The translations under genes were made by a program, and so were the position numbers. The notes beneath the pieces were generated by a model. The model had not been told where the DNA came from, did no database searches, and saw only the letters and a list, made by a program, of their open reading frames with translations. Positions 12,416-21,815 of a stretch of DNA of 64,000 nt are shown piece by piece. Each line of letters opens with the position of its first letter. The stretch's first letter is position 1. This stretch comes from Methanomicrobiales archaeon (GTDB lineage: Archaea > Halobacteriota > Methanomicrobia > Methanomicrobiales > JACTUA01), in assembly GCA_030019205.1 (NCBI GenBank), contig JASEFH010000008.1:6207-70206 (forward strand), read 5' to 3'.

Positions 12416-12494
12416 GGATCCTCCGCCCGTGCGTGGTGAACCGCGGGGTACAGCCCTGTACCAGCCCAATTATCCAGAGCGGCGGAAGGATCGC

Positions 12495-13110
12495 ATGCCG
12501 CTGACAGAGCCTGTGCACGCACTCGGGATCCCCTTCCGGGGGAAGTGAAGGGCATCTCCGTGGTGCGTTTGTTCGTCTATCGCATCTACAGCGATGCAGT
12601 CTGCCTGATCGGCATCGGGTGGGCGGATCCTGGAGGGTGATCAGGGACTGCATCGGGGAGGACGAGACCACGGCAAGATTGCCATGGTTCTCCAGACGCA
12701 TCCTCCTCCCGCTATATCGGGGCGACTGGGGCGATTCAGGACGCTACAGACTCCCGTTTCGCGGCGCAACCGCTCGAGCGGTCCTGGCCAAGGATGGTGA
12801 GGTGCAGGAATGGCCTGTTCCTGCCTTCTTCCACCTTTTAGAAGGCTTCACTCCCTTCGATCGCGCTCTCGAAGAGGGGGATACCATCCCGATCGGCGAC
12901 GAGCCCGCCCTGCGCGTGTCGCACACACCGGGCCACTCGTGGGGCTCGGTAACGTTCAAGCTCCCGAGGAGCAGAGCACCCTTCGGCGGGGATGCGATAC
13001 CGCTCTTCGGCAACCTGCCGGTATGCGGGGATCTCGGTGAGTCCATCCGCTCTCCCGGAAGGCACCATCAGATCGGAGGGCTCTCTCTCCTTCGTGCCGC
13101 CTGGAAAGAT
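12495..13110 (+). pseudogene. Decayed MBL-fold hydrolase gene (multiple frameshifts, metal motif destroyed)
   Basis: ATG 12495 after GGAAGGA gives 'MPLTEPVHALGIPFRGK*'. The product continues in another frame across a G5 run (12538-12542) as 'EVKGISVVRLFVYRIYSDAVCLIGIGWAD'. Later fragments are 'GKIAMVLQTHPPPAISG' (HxHxDH replaced) and 'LRVSHTPGHSWGSVTFKL..GGDAIPLFGNLPV'. Confidence 0.55.
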
Positions 13111-13380
13111 CCGATGAAAGGGAGGTCGGGAGCGTATGGACGGGGAGGTGCGCTGGTTCCGGCGCATCCGGGAGAGCACGGATCGAGCCGTCGGCGGCAC
13201 GGGGCTCTACCGATCCCGAAGGAATCACGGGAGACATTCTGCGGGATCGGGGAATCCCCGCAATCGCGGTAAATCCTCTCGACGTGCGGTCCAACAGGCT
13301 CGTCTTCAAGGCCCCTGCCGGCGGACGTGGCATGGGGGTGAGAGAGGGACGGGGATCGGGGACGGGCTCCGCTCTCCGCC

Positions 13381-13860
13381 CTAGACAGCCTCGCCCGACC
13401 CATGGGAGAGTTCTGCCAGCGCTCCGAGGTAGTTCTGCTTCTCCGCCTCGAACCGGCGACCCATCCCTTCGAGATCGGCGTCGCTGAATCCATCCCCCAA
13501 CTCGTTCAGCAGCACTTCTTCGTTCTCGACATGGAACCGGACCAGCGTCTTCAACTCCGCCAGCGCGGCTCTCCATCCGGGTTTGAGCGATCGAGCAGCG
13601 AACGCTTCGCGCAGTTCCCTGCGGATTCGATTGTGATCGTCGAGGGACTCTTCGATCCGCTCCTGCAGCGTGCCCGCCAGAAGGGGCGAGAAGACACGCT
13701 CCTCAGCGTACATGTGAGTCTGCAGCTTCCGTTCCATCCGAAGGAATCCTTCGGCTCTCGACTGCTGCTGTTCCGAACCCGCTTCCTCAATCAGCCCGTC
13801 CAGCTCGGACAGGATTGCATCGTGCTCCCTTTGGATCTTCTCGACGATGTTGTCTGTCAT
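13381..13860 (-). CDS. Hemerythrin-like (HHE cation-binding) domain protein, paralog A
   Basis: ATG 13860 preceded by GGAGG. 'IQREHDAILSELDGL', 'HMYAEERVFSPLL' and 'RFHVENEEVLL' give the H/E-rich four-helix hemerythrin pattern. Confidence 0.8.
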   Translation of the reverse strand: MTDNIVEKIQREHDAILSELDGLIEEAGSEQQQSRAEGFLRMERKLQTHMYAEERVFSPLLAGTLQERIEESLDDHNRIRRELREAFAARSLKPGWRAALAELKTLVRFHVENEEVLLNELGDGFSDADLEGMGRRFEAEKQNYLGALAELSHGSGEAV

Positions 13861-14455
13861 AGCAACCTCCCGCGGGCATCGCATACCGGAGGGGGGAAGC
13901 CCGGCGAGACAGCGAGCCTCTCTGATACCCAGGCATCGCCCGCTCGAATTCGGCAGTCGCGGATAGAACCCGCATCAGGACCTTCCCTCCCGGGAGATGG
14001 CTTTGAGAAGCCGGTTCGTCCAGCCAGCGGTGCAGAAGAGCCCCCTCTGCCGGCAGATTTCGGCACGCTTCTGGGCTGCCTGCTCCATCCGGGCAGGCGC
14101 GGCATCGCGCAGAGGGAGTCCGGATCTCCCCTCGCGGCAGAAGCGGACAGAGCAGCTCCGGCGGACGGTTTCCCGCCTGCATCTGCCTCCATTTCCGCGA
14201 AGGGTTGTCATCCTGCGGAAAGAATCCTCTTGCGGTCCTTCCGGATCGTGACGCTCTTCCCCTCTCTGTCTTCCAGGTACTCCAGTACATGTCCATGCCG
14301 CAACGGGGACGCAAACCCTGCGCCCGATCTCCCGCAGTCTCACGACCTGGCCCGGCATGCCCCCGACCTTGCCCCATACCGCCGGGGACTCGTCTGCGGG
14401 AAGGACTATCGAGGAAATGATGCACTCCCCGCCCCGCGTGTTACCCCTGTGCCGG

Positions 14456-14938
14456 TTATCGGGCGGCTTCAGCCCTCCCGGGCGCTGCCGCTGAAATTCC
14501 TGGAGTCCGCTGCTTGGCTCCCTCGAACTGCTGGGCCATCTGCTCCAGTTCCTGCGTGCTGAACATATCCCTGGTTCTGGGGAAGATCTTCTGCTCCTCG
14601 TCTTCCACATGGTGCTGGATATTCCCCTTTACTTCCTGAAGGCGGGACTTCCACTCGCTCTCTTCGTGCCACTGGCTGGCGAGCTCCTGCATCTGGGTCC
14701 GCACCTTCTCGTGCTCGTTGAGGGCATCCCGAACCATATCTGGCATTTCGTCCCGTATCCGGGGATAGAACGCCTCCTCTTCGCCGTGCGCATGCTGGAG
14801 GAACATGCTGTGCACGCGGTCAAACTCCGGGTTCCGGGTTCCCCGCTCCGGAGGGGCGCCCCTCTCCATGATGGAGTTCAGCCCGTTCATCACTTCCTGA
14901 TGTTCCTGGATGAGAACATCAACAAGATTCTGCGCCAT
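14456..14938 (-). CDS. Hemerythrin-like domain protein, paralog B
   Basis: ATG 14938 preceded by GGAGAG (the ORF extends to 14959). Motifs: 'LIQEHQEVMNGL', 'HAHGEEEAFYPRI', 'NEHEKVRTQM', 'QHHVEDEEQKIFP'. Confidence 0.8.
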   Translation of the reverse strand: MAQNLVDVLIQEHQEVMNGLNSIMERGAPPERGTRNPEFDRVHSMFLQHAHGEEEAFYPRIRDEMPDMVRDALNEHEKVRTQMQELASQWHEESEWKSRLQEVKGNIQHHVEDEEQKIFPRTRDMFSTQELEQMAQQFEGAKQRTPGISAAAPGRAEAAR

Positions 14939-15175
14939 TATCTCTCTCCTGTTGGACATTTGCGTCGTTCGAAGCAGTTTCCATCATCCCGCCCCTTCCC
15001 GCCTCCTGTTCGCCGACCGCAGCTCGCTCGCGAATCCTGCGGTCGGTGGTGCTGGCATCCCTTCATGGACCGACCGGATCTCCAATCGCCGGCGATCGCC
15101 TGTACCTCCACGACAGGCTGCGTTCACCCTTCGCTATCAGAACCGTTCGGGACTGATCGATTCCTGTTCGGGCAG

Positions 15176-15709
15176 TCATCCGATTCGGGATTCGGCTGCA
15201 GCAGCGCTGGCGCCTGCTGCATGACGGTTTATCTGCCTGCCCTCCTCGAAATCCCGGGCGATCTCCTGCAGCGTCTCCGTTCCGATAAGATCCCGGGCAC
15301 GGGGCAGTATGCTCCTCTCTTCCTCATCGATGTGGTAGCGGACGAGCCTGTTCAACTCCCCGATCTTCTCCAGCCAGCGTTCATCCCCGGCCCGCATCCC
15401 CTCCGTGGGGCGTCCGAGCTGCTGGAGAAGGGCCTTGATCCCGCCATGCTCCCGTTCCGCGTCCCGTATGCGATCTCTCATCTCCGGTTTCAGCCTCGGA
15501 TAGAGGGTCGACTCCTCGCTCTGCAAGTGCGCCAGGATCTCCGCGGCTGCACCTGCGAAGGTCTGTTCGGCGACGGCACTCGTCGCACCCGTCTGCACGG
15601 CGATGACGCTCTCCGGCGGTGCGGTGACTCCCTGGTCGAGAAGCCGGCGAAGAGCATCCATCACACGCCTGTGATCCTCGATGATGAGATCGAGAATGTT
15701 TCTTGGCAT
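15176..15709 (-). CDS. Hemerythrin-like domain protein, paralog C
   Basis: Motifs 'IIEDHRRVMDAL', 'HLQSEESTLYPRL', 'REHGGIKALL', 'RYHIDEEERSILP'. Same architecture as paralogs A and B. Confidence 0.8.
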   Translation of the reverse strand: MPRNILDLIIEDHRRVMDALRRLLDQGVTAPPESVIAVQTGATSAVAEQTFAGAAAEILAHLQSEESTLYPRLKPEMRDRIRDAEREHGGIKALLQQLGRPTEGMRAGDERWLEKIGELNRLVRYHIDEEERSILPRARDLIGTETLQEIARDFEEGRQINRHAAGASAAAAESRIG

Positions 15710-16589
15710 CGACTGGTCACCCGAATGTTTCTGACCGGTTCATGCGTCTGCCCCCCGAGACGCCCGGCCCGCATGGGTGCAGATCGATATCGGCATCAGC
15801 CGGGAGAGCCTGGTTCACCGGGCTGTCGTTGCACGGAGGATACCACTGCACCGCCCATACCCGCACCCGCCTCTATTTATACGTTGTGGCGGATCCCCTG
15901 CTGCCGGGATCGGGGTGAGAGGAGCAGGAGGATCGGATGCCCTCCGGGATACGAAGGACGAGCGCCTCTCGGTCCCCGAAGGAGAGGCTGTGCGGGAATG
16001 CGGCAGCGTGGATGAATTCCTCCACTCCCCTGTGCCGGGATACGAGGTGGTGGGGAGATGCGTGCGGAGCCGTCGAAGGGGGGAACAGCTCTATCGATTC
16101 CGATCCTGTCTCCGGGGAGCCTATCGGACGGAATCATCTCCGTATCCCGGAGAAAGACTCTGTTGCCTGCAGAATGGGGGGCGAGGGAGGTGCCCCTGCA
16201 TTCATGATACGCGGCAGCCGCCAATAGGTCTGCAGGGAGCCCGCAATACGGAAATCCCTGTTGGATGCCGGCCAAGCGACGGAATGGAGGAGCAATCGGT
16301 CGCGGGGGTCTCCCGATAGATTTCCAGGGCCTGCAGATCGTCGGGGTATGTCTCCAGGATGACCTCCCGCAGATTCTTCTCGCGTCGGGGTTCTATGCAG
16401 TCCCGTGTCGTCTCCGCGCAGGGACGAGGCCTCCAGGATCCCGAGTATCTGGATAGAATCGCCAGCTGCCATCGTAGCCGTTGAGATGGCCGGAAAACGA
16501 GTGGGAAAGGTGACGGCAAGCCTCCACCCCCGGTCCGGGAGAGCGGTTGAAACCATCCGCCGGACCGGTAAAGCCGGTGAAGAGACCTC

Positions 16590-17210
16590 TCACCCGATCC
16601 CGGGGATCGCCGCCAGCCTCTTCTCCACGGAGCCCCAGTTCACGATGTTCCAGAAGGCATCCACATACTTTCCCCGCTCGTTCTGGTAATCGAGATAGTA
16701 GGCATGCTCCCAGAGATCCAGCACCAGGATGATGGGATATGCGGGGTAAACATGGTTGCTGTGCTTCTCGATCTGCATGATGACGGGGCGCCGGGTCGCC
16801 ACGTCGAAGGACAGCGCCGCCCAGGCGGATCCCTCCGCACCCGTCGCGGCAGTGAACTCCTTTTTAAACCGCTCGAAGCTACCGAACTCCGCATTGAGCG
16901 CATCTGCCAGGATTCCACCGGGCTTGCCGCCCCCCTCCCCGCCAGCGGGCGCCATGTTCTCCCAGAAGAGGGAGTGGAGGATATGCCCGCCGATATTGAA
17001 CGAGAGTTCCTTTAACAGTGCCTTCATGTCGATATCGGTCCCTTCACGGCGGGACCGTTCCAGCCTCTCCAGGTCGGCGTTGGCGCCGATTACGTATGCC
17101 TGGTGGTGCTTGTCGTGGTGCAAGCGCAGCTGCCGCTCCGAGATCGAGGGCTCCAGGCCGCTGTAGTCGTATGGCAGAGGCGGCAGTTGGTACGTCATCT
17201 TTTCAGCCAT
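16590..17210 (-). CDS. sod: Fe/Mn superoxide dismutase
   Basis: 'YQLPPLPYDYSGLEPSISERQLRLHHDKHH' and 'DLWEHAYYLDYQN' are canonical Fe/Mn-SOD motifs. Start taken at ATG 17210; ATG 17198 is also possible. The long upstream ORF extension looks non-coding. Confidence 0.9.
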   Translation of the reverse strand: MAEKMTYQLPPLPYDYSGLEPSISERQLRLHHDKHHQAYVIGANADLERLERSRREGTDIDMKALLKELSFNIGGHILHSLFWENMAPAGGEGGGKPGGILADALNAEFGSFERFKKEFTAATGAEGSAWAALSFDVATRRPVIMQIEKHSNHVYPAYPIILVLDLWEHAYYLDYQNERGKYVDAFWNIVNWGSVEKRLAAIPGIG

Positions 17211-17386
17211 CTGGGCATCGTCTCCATCGCAATCGTCCGCTGTCGGACCATCGCCCGAACCGTATCCTGCACCCTGTGGATTTGCGGACACCGTGGGTCC
17301 TAAAATCCTCGAATGTCTGCCTTGCAGTTTCGGGCGGTTCCGGTCCATACAGCCTCCGACATGCTTCACGTCCCGAATTAATAAAA

Positions 17387-18373
17387 TTAATGGAGCCCGT
17401 CAGGTGCTTCAGACGTGCTCGAGCACGAGCGGGCATCGGGCTCGAGAGAAGGGTCGCGGGGACGTCGTCCCTCCTTTCCCGCCGGCGCGACTCTGCCGCT
17501 CCGTGTAGTGAGGAACCCCTCCTTCTCCAGCACTCCCAGCAGGGTCCGGATCCGCTCGCCGTCACCCCTCAGCTCGGCGATGAGGGCATCGACGGATACC
17601 TCCCCCTCCGCCAGAACGAACCGCAGGATCTCGCCGCGGACCTGCCGATCCGATCCCTTGAACGGCTCCTGCACCTGGTATACCGCACTCCGGCGGTTGG
17701 GGTTCGCCACCCGCGTCTTCAGGCGCGATCCGTAGTCCATCAGGGCATAGTACCACTCCCGGGGATCGTCCCTGACGAGGGAGAGCGCCACCAGGGGCTC
17801 GATCTCTGCATCTTTCACGCCCTCCCGACCGGGGAAGAAGAAGTGAATGAATACCCTGCGGATATTGGTCTCGATGAAGACGGTCGGCAGGTTGAAGGCG
17901 TACGCGGCGATGGCGGCGGCAGTCGCCTTCCCGATCCCCGGGAACGTCGTCAGAATCTCCCGATCGGAAGGGAGGATACCGCCGAACTCGTCTGCCACTC
18001 TCTCGGCAGTCTTCTTCAGGGCGATCGCACGGCGGTTGTAGCCCAGGCCCTGCCACTCAGCAAGCACATCCCTGAAGGGTGCTGACGCCAGGCGGTGGAA
18101 ATCCGGGAACCGCTTCAGGAACCGATCGTACCGGTTCGCCACATGCTCCACCCGCGTCTGCTGCAGCATGATCTCGGAGACGAGGATGGCATAGGGATCC
18201 CGCGTTCTCCTCCAGGGAAGGTCTCTCCCGTAACGGCGGTAGTAGGCGAGGATGAGATCCTGGAAGAGATGGATCGAATCCCTGCCCGTACCTTCATCCC
18301 GTATCCGCTCATGAAGGCGGCGTTCGAGATCCAGGATGGCGGGATCCTGGAACCGCACGTGTGTGTCCATCAA
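17387..18373 (-). CDS. MutY-like HhH-GPD adenine DNA glycosylase with no Fe-S cysteines and a C-terminal winged-helix-like domain
   Basis: 'LPWRRTRDPYAILVSEIMLQQTRV' and 'FPGIGKATAAAIAAYAF' (HhH-GPD) resemble MutY. The segment where MutY/Nth carry Cx6Cx2Cx5C ('YALMDYGSRLKTRVANPNRRSAVYQ') has no Cys. The tail 'VRGEILRFVLAEGEVSVDALIAEL..LLGVLEKEGFL' looks like a wHTH rather than a NUDIX-like domain. Confidence 0.75.
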   Translation of the reverse strand: MMDTHVRFQDPAILDLERRLHERIRDEGTGRDSIHLFQDLILAYYRRYGRDLPWRRTRDPYAILVSEIMLQQTRVEHVANRYDRFLKRFPDFHRLASAPFRDVLAEWQGLGYNRRAIALKKTAERVADEFGGILPSDREILTTFPGIGKATAAAIAAYAFNLPTVFIETNIRRVFIHFFFPGREGVKDAEIEPLVALSLVRDDPREWYYALMDYGSRLKTRVANPNRRSAVYQVQEPFKGSDRQVRGEILRFVLAEGEVSVDALIAELRGDGERIRTLLGVLEKEGFLTTRSGRVAPAGKEGRRPRDPSLEPDARSCSSTSEAPDGLH

Positions 18374-19756
18374 CTCCTCCTGTACCCTTCAGCTCCGAAG
18401 CAGCATAATCATGACGCGGTCGACGAGACTGTCCCCGATAATGCCGTTCAGCGCCCCTCAGCATGCTTCATCGGGGGAGGTGCACCCAGCCCCGTCTCCC
18501 GAACGACGGTGCCGGCTGAACCGGGATTCGGCGGGACCCCGGGGGCGAACGTGCCAGGGGAGGGGATCGGGTGGAACCGTACCCCGAAGTCGAGAAGAAG
18601 GGCTGCGGGTGTATGCGAACCTGACCCAATCGGACGGGTTCCTGATCCTGGTGAAGTCTCATGTCCCCGATCGCGCTCCTGCCTGTCGCCCCCGGCCGGC
18701 CGTGACCCGGTCGGACCTTTCGGCATTGCGGATACTGCCATCATCCCGGTCTCCGTTCAGGAGTACTTCCTCGAGCTGATCCTTGCCCCGGACCCCCATG
18801 CGCATTTCCTGGACCTACGGCAGATGCCGGGTCTCCCGATCATCGCGCTTCCCGGCGCGAACTTCTGAGCGGCTCTCCGCCCCATGCGCTCCTCTCCGGC
18901 ACTCCGTCTCCTCCGGGTCACGCGCAGGGCCTACGTCAAGGGGGAACCGTCGAGAGGAGGATAGCGAATCCGATCGAACCTTGAAGATCCGCCACGATCT
19001 CCCGATGCGGATACGGGCGCCGCGATCGATCTCGACACCGTCCGGGACTCCTTTCAGCGGATCCGAACATGCACATCCTCTCCTCCTCCAAACCCGGCTC
19101 CGCATCTCCGGCGTATCCGCGATCGACCTCCCGGCCCTGAGCCGTGCACCGGGCCTCCCGCAGGTGTTTCTGGAGCGCGGGCTGAAGTCGCTCTCGATCC
19201 TGCGAGTCGATGTCGCCCGGGATCTCCCGGTGATGTGTACGGCGGAGCTCCGGCACCGGGAGGCGATCCGCCGGCAGGGCGTCGGAGACCGCGATGGAGA
19301 GCGATGTCTTCGTCCGTCTCCCCTTCTCCGCTCTCGTGGCGATCATGCGGCAGCAGGATGCGCTGTTCGAGAATTCTAACAGGATTGCGGCGTTTCCGTC
19401 CAGGGGAGGATAATACGATCCCGTTCATTCGTCCCCTCAGAGCTTCTCGGGCAAGTCAGCGGGGATGCCGCAATCGCGGGCAGCATCGTGAGCGACCGAT
19501 CCCGCTGGAGAATGATCCCGACAGGAGGGTGCCGTCATTCATATCGAGCCCAATCGCCATGCTCGACCTGCAGCCAGATCTCTCTTTAAAGAGCAGCTAC
19601 GCCTAGCGCACGATCCACGATTACTGTGCCGGTAGAATCCCCCTCGCCGCGATTATCTCGCCGCAGGTGGGTTCAACGGGCTTGATTCTGATTTCTTCGA
19701 GAAAAGAGAAGGGATATGTATTCCTGAGGTGATGAGTGTATGCAAGTGTGATCGGT

Positions 19757-20233
19757 ATGGAGGTCGTAAAAATCCCCCATATGGAGAAGAAGGAGTACGA
19801 CGAGCTGATCTACGAAGGGTATATCTGCCGCATCGCCTTCATCGGCGACAAATATCCCTATATCGCTCCATTTCTCTACGTCTTCGACGGCAATTTCATG
19901 TACTTCCTCTCCACGCGCTACGGCAAGAAGATCAAGTTCTTCCGCCAGCATCCCTATGTCTCCGTGGGTGTGGAGAAGTACAGCAGCGATCTCTCCTGGT
20001 ACAACTTCGTCACCCTCCAGGGACGCCTCGTCGAAGTGGAGGATTCCATCGAGAAGAAGGTGATTCGCCAGAAGTTCATCGCCATGATCCGTGACAGAAA
20101 CCTCTCGAAGAACATCCTCGCTGCCCTCGGGCACTCCCCTCTGGATAACATCGAGTCGATCGCGACCGAGGAACGCTCCTGCATCTGGAAGCTCACGGGG
20201 GTTACGGACATCGTCGCCCTGAAGAATCTCTAG
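19757..20233 (+). CDS. Pyridoxamine 5'-phosphate oxidase-like FMN-binding family protein
   Basis: 'YICRIAFIGDKYPYIAPFLYVFDGNFMYFLSTRYGKKIKFF..VSVGVE' fits the PNPOx-like split-barrel pattern. The start is ambiguous (GTG 19736, ATG 19757 or ATG 19781). GC content is locally lower. Confidence 0.65.
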   Translation: MEVVKIPHMEKKEYDELIYEGYICRIAFIGDKYPYIAPFLYVFDGNFMYFLSTRYGKKIKFFRQHPYVSVGVEKYSSDLSWYNFVTLQGRLVEVEDSIEKKVIRQKFIAMIRDRNLSKNILAALGHSPLDNIESIATEERSCIWKLTGVTDIVALKNL

Positions 20234-20353
20234 CCATCCTCCGCACCGATCCGGCCCAGTCTGCAGGACGCTGCACTGGCGATCAATCCCTCATTTTCGT
20301 CGTCTCCTTCTTCCGCCTCCCTCTGCAGCCCGGTTCGCCTGTGCGCTCGCGCC

Positions 20354-21742
20354 CTAGAAGATGATCGTCTCCAGCGCGAGCACGGCGAGGCAGGCAGCGA
20401 GCGTGACGGGGGTGACAAGGAGTCCGACCCTGACGAACTCACGGTAGGTGATCGAAATTTCGCGTCTTTGCAGGAGACCGATCCACATGATGCCCGCAAG
20501 AGAGCCGAGAGGCGTGAGGTTCGCGCCCAGGTTCGAACCGACGACGGTGGCGAGGGCAGCGGCGGTAAGTCCCTCTCCCGGGAGCATGCCAACGACGGGA
20601 ATGAAGGCGACCGTCATGGGGATGTTGTTCAGGACGTTCGCGGAGAGAGCGGATGCCGTTCCGAAGAGAAACACGTATGCCATATCGGAGCCGCCGCAGA
20701 TCGATGCGAACGCCTGCGCGACCTCCCCGGATATGCCGTAGACTGAGAGGGCTTCGACGGTGATGAAGAGGGAGAGAAGAAAGGGCACGACGGCCCAGGG
20801 CATTCGCCGGAGGGTGGCCGGAACGGCGAAGATCTGCCTGGTTGCAGTCTCTCTTCTCAGGCAAGCCGCGTACGAATCGCGGAGGGCGAGAATGCAGAGG
20901 AGGGTGAGGGCAAAGGCGAGCGTTATCCAGTGAAGCTCGATACCGGCATAGGGTGCGACGGCAAGGGCGATGATGCACCCGAAGAGGAGCGAGATGCCGA
21001 GCGCGGCTCCGGGTCCGTCGGTGATCGCGGATCGGGGGTCTGCGGCGTAGCGGTGCTGCAGAGGCTCTGCGATCTCTTTGCGGAAGACGAGATAGAGGAG
21101 CGCGGCAGACGCGGTACCGGCGGCCAGGGTAGGGAGGATCATCCGGCCCGTGTAGGCGTCGAAGCGGATGCGAAATGCGGTGGCGACGAGGATGTTTGTC
21201 GGGTTGCCGAGATAAAGCATCATGCTCCAGGTATTGGCGGCGAAAAACTCCGCGAAGAGGTAGGGTCTGGGATTAATCCCGGCTTCCCGCGCGAAATAGT
21301 AGATGAAGGGCGTGAAAGTGAGCACGATGATGTCGTTCGATGTGACGATGGTCAGCAGGGAGACAGTCGCGTAAAGGGCGAAGAAGAGGCGCACGCCGCT
21401 GCATCCCGCAAATTTCAGCGCCATCCGCGCACAGAACTCGAAGAACCCCGTTATGTCCAGGAATATGGAGAGGAAGACCAGGGAGAGGAAGAGCAGCAGG
21501 ATCCCCAGAGGATTGAGTGTTGAATCCCCCGTTACGCCCAGCAGAATCTGATCGTAGGTGAGGATACCGAAGGCAACGATCAGGGTGGGGCCGAGCAGGC
21601 TGCCGACGATGTAGCTCTCCAGAACGATGTCACGAGAGAATAGCCGTATCTTCAGGTACGGCCTGCGGAGAATGAAGAAGATCGTGAGAGCGGACGTGAT
21701 GGCGAACAGGATGACGACAGCAAGGCGATCCGGCATAATCAT
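20354..21742 (-). CDS. ArsB/NhaD-superfamily anion permease (arsenical pump / citrate transporter-like membrane protein)
   Basis: Polytopic membrane protein. 'TIVTSNDIIVLTFTPFIYYFAREAGINPRPYLFAEFFAANTWSMMLYLGNPTNIL' and 'LSANVLNNIPMTVAFIP' resemble ArsB/NhaD permeases. Start taken at ATG 21742. Confidence 0.75.
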   Translation of the reverse strand: MIMPDRLAVVILFAITSALTIFFILRRPYLKIRLFSRDIVLESYIVGSLLGPTLIVAFGILTYDQILLGVTGDSTLNPLGILLLFLSLVFLSIFLDITGFFEFCARMALKFAGCSGVRLFFALYATVSLLTIVTSNDIIVLTFTPFIYYFAREAGINPRPYLFAEFFAANTWSMMLYLGNPTNILVATAFRIRFDAYTGRMILPTLAAGTASAALLYLVFRKEIAEPLQHRYAADPRSAITDGPGAALGISLLFGCIIALAVAPYAGIELHWITLAFALTLLCILALRDSYAACLRRETATRQIFAVPATLRRMPWAVVPFLLSLFITVEALSVYGISGEVAQAFASICGGSDMAYVFLFGTASALSANVLNNIPMTVAFIPVVGMLPGEGLTAAALATVVGSNLGANLTPLGSLAGIMWIGLLQRREISITYREFVRVGLLVTPVTLAACLAVLALETIIF

Positions 21743-21815
21743 CTTCCTGCTTGCGTGCAGCGAGACATCCCATCCCCTCACAGGCCGCGCGAGGGGAATC
21801 GCGATCCATCGAGTC

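Noticed and set aside
13885-14455. Small beta-barrel-like gene fragments between hemerythrins A and B ('IVLPADESPAVWGKVGGMPGQVVRLREIG', 'HVLEYLEDREGKSVTIRKDRKRILSAG')
   Set aside because: The fragments lie in different frames with no start codon and no family-defining motif. They may be a remnant, but I cannot assign it.
18936-19346. P-loop-like string 'AEKGRRTKTSLSIAV' in a 136-aa minus-strand ORF (possible decayed KaiC/RecA-type ATPase)
   Set aside because: The Walker A consensus (GxxxxGKT/S) is not intact and no Walker B or other motif could be aligned. Treated as part of an unassigned gap.
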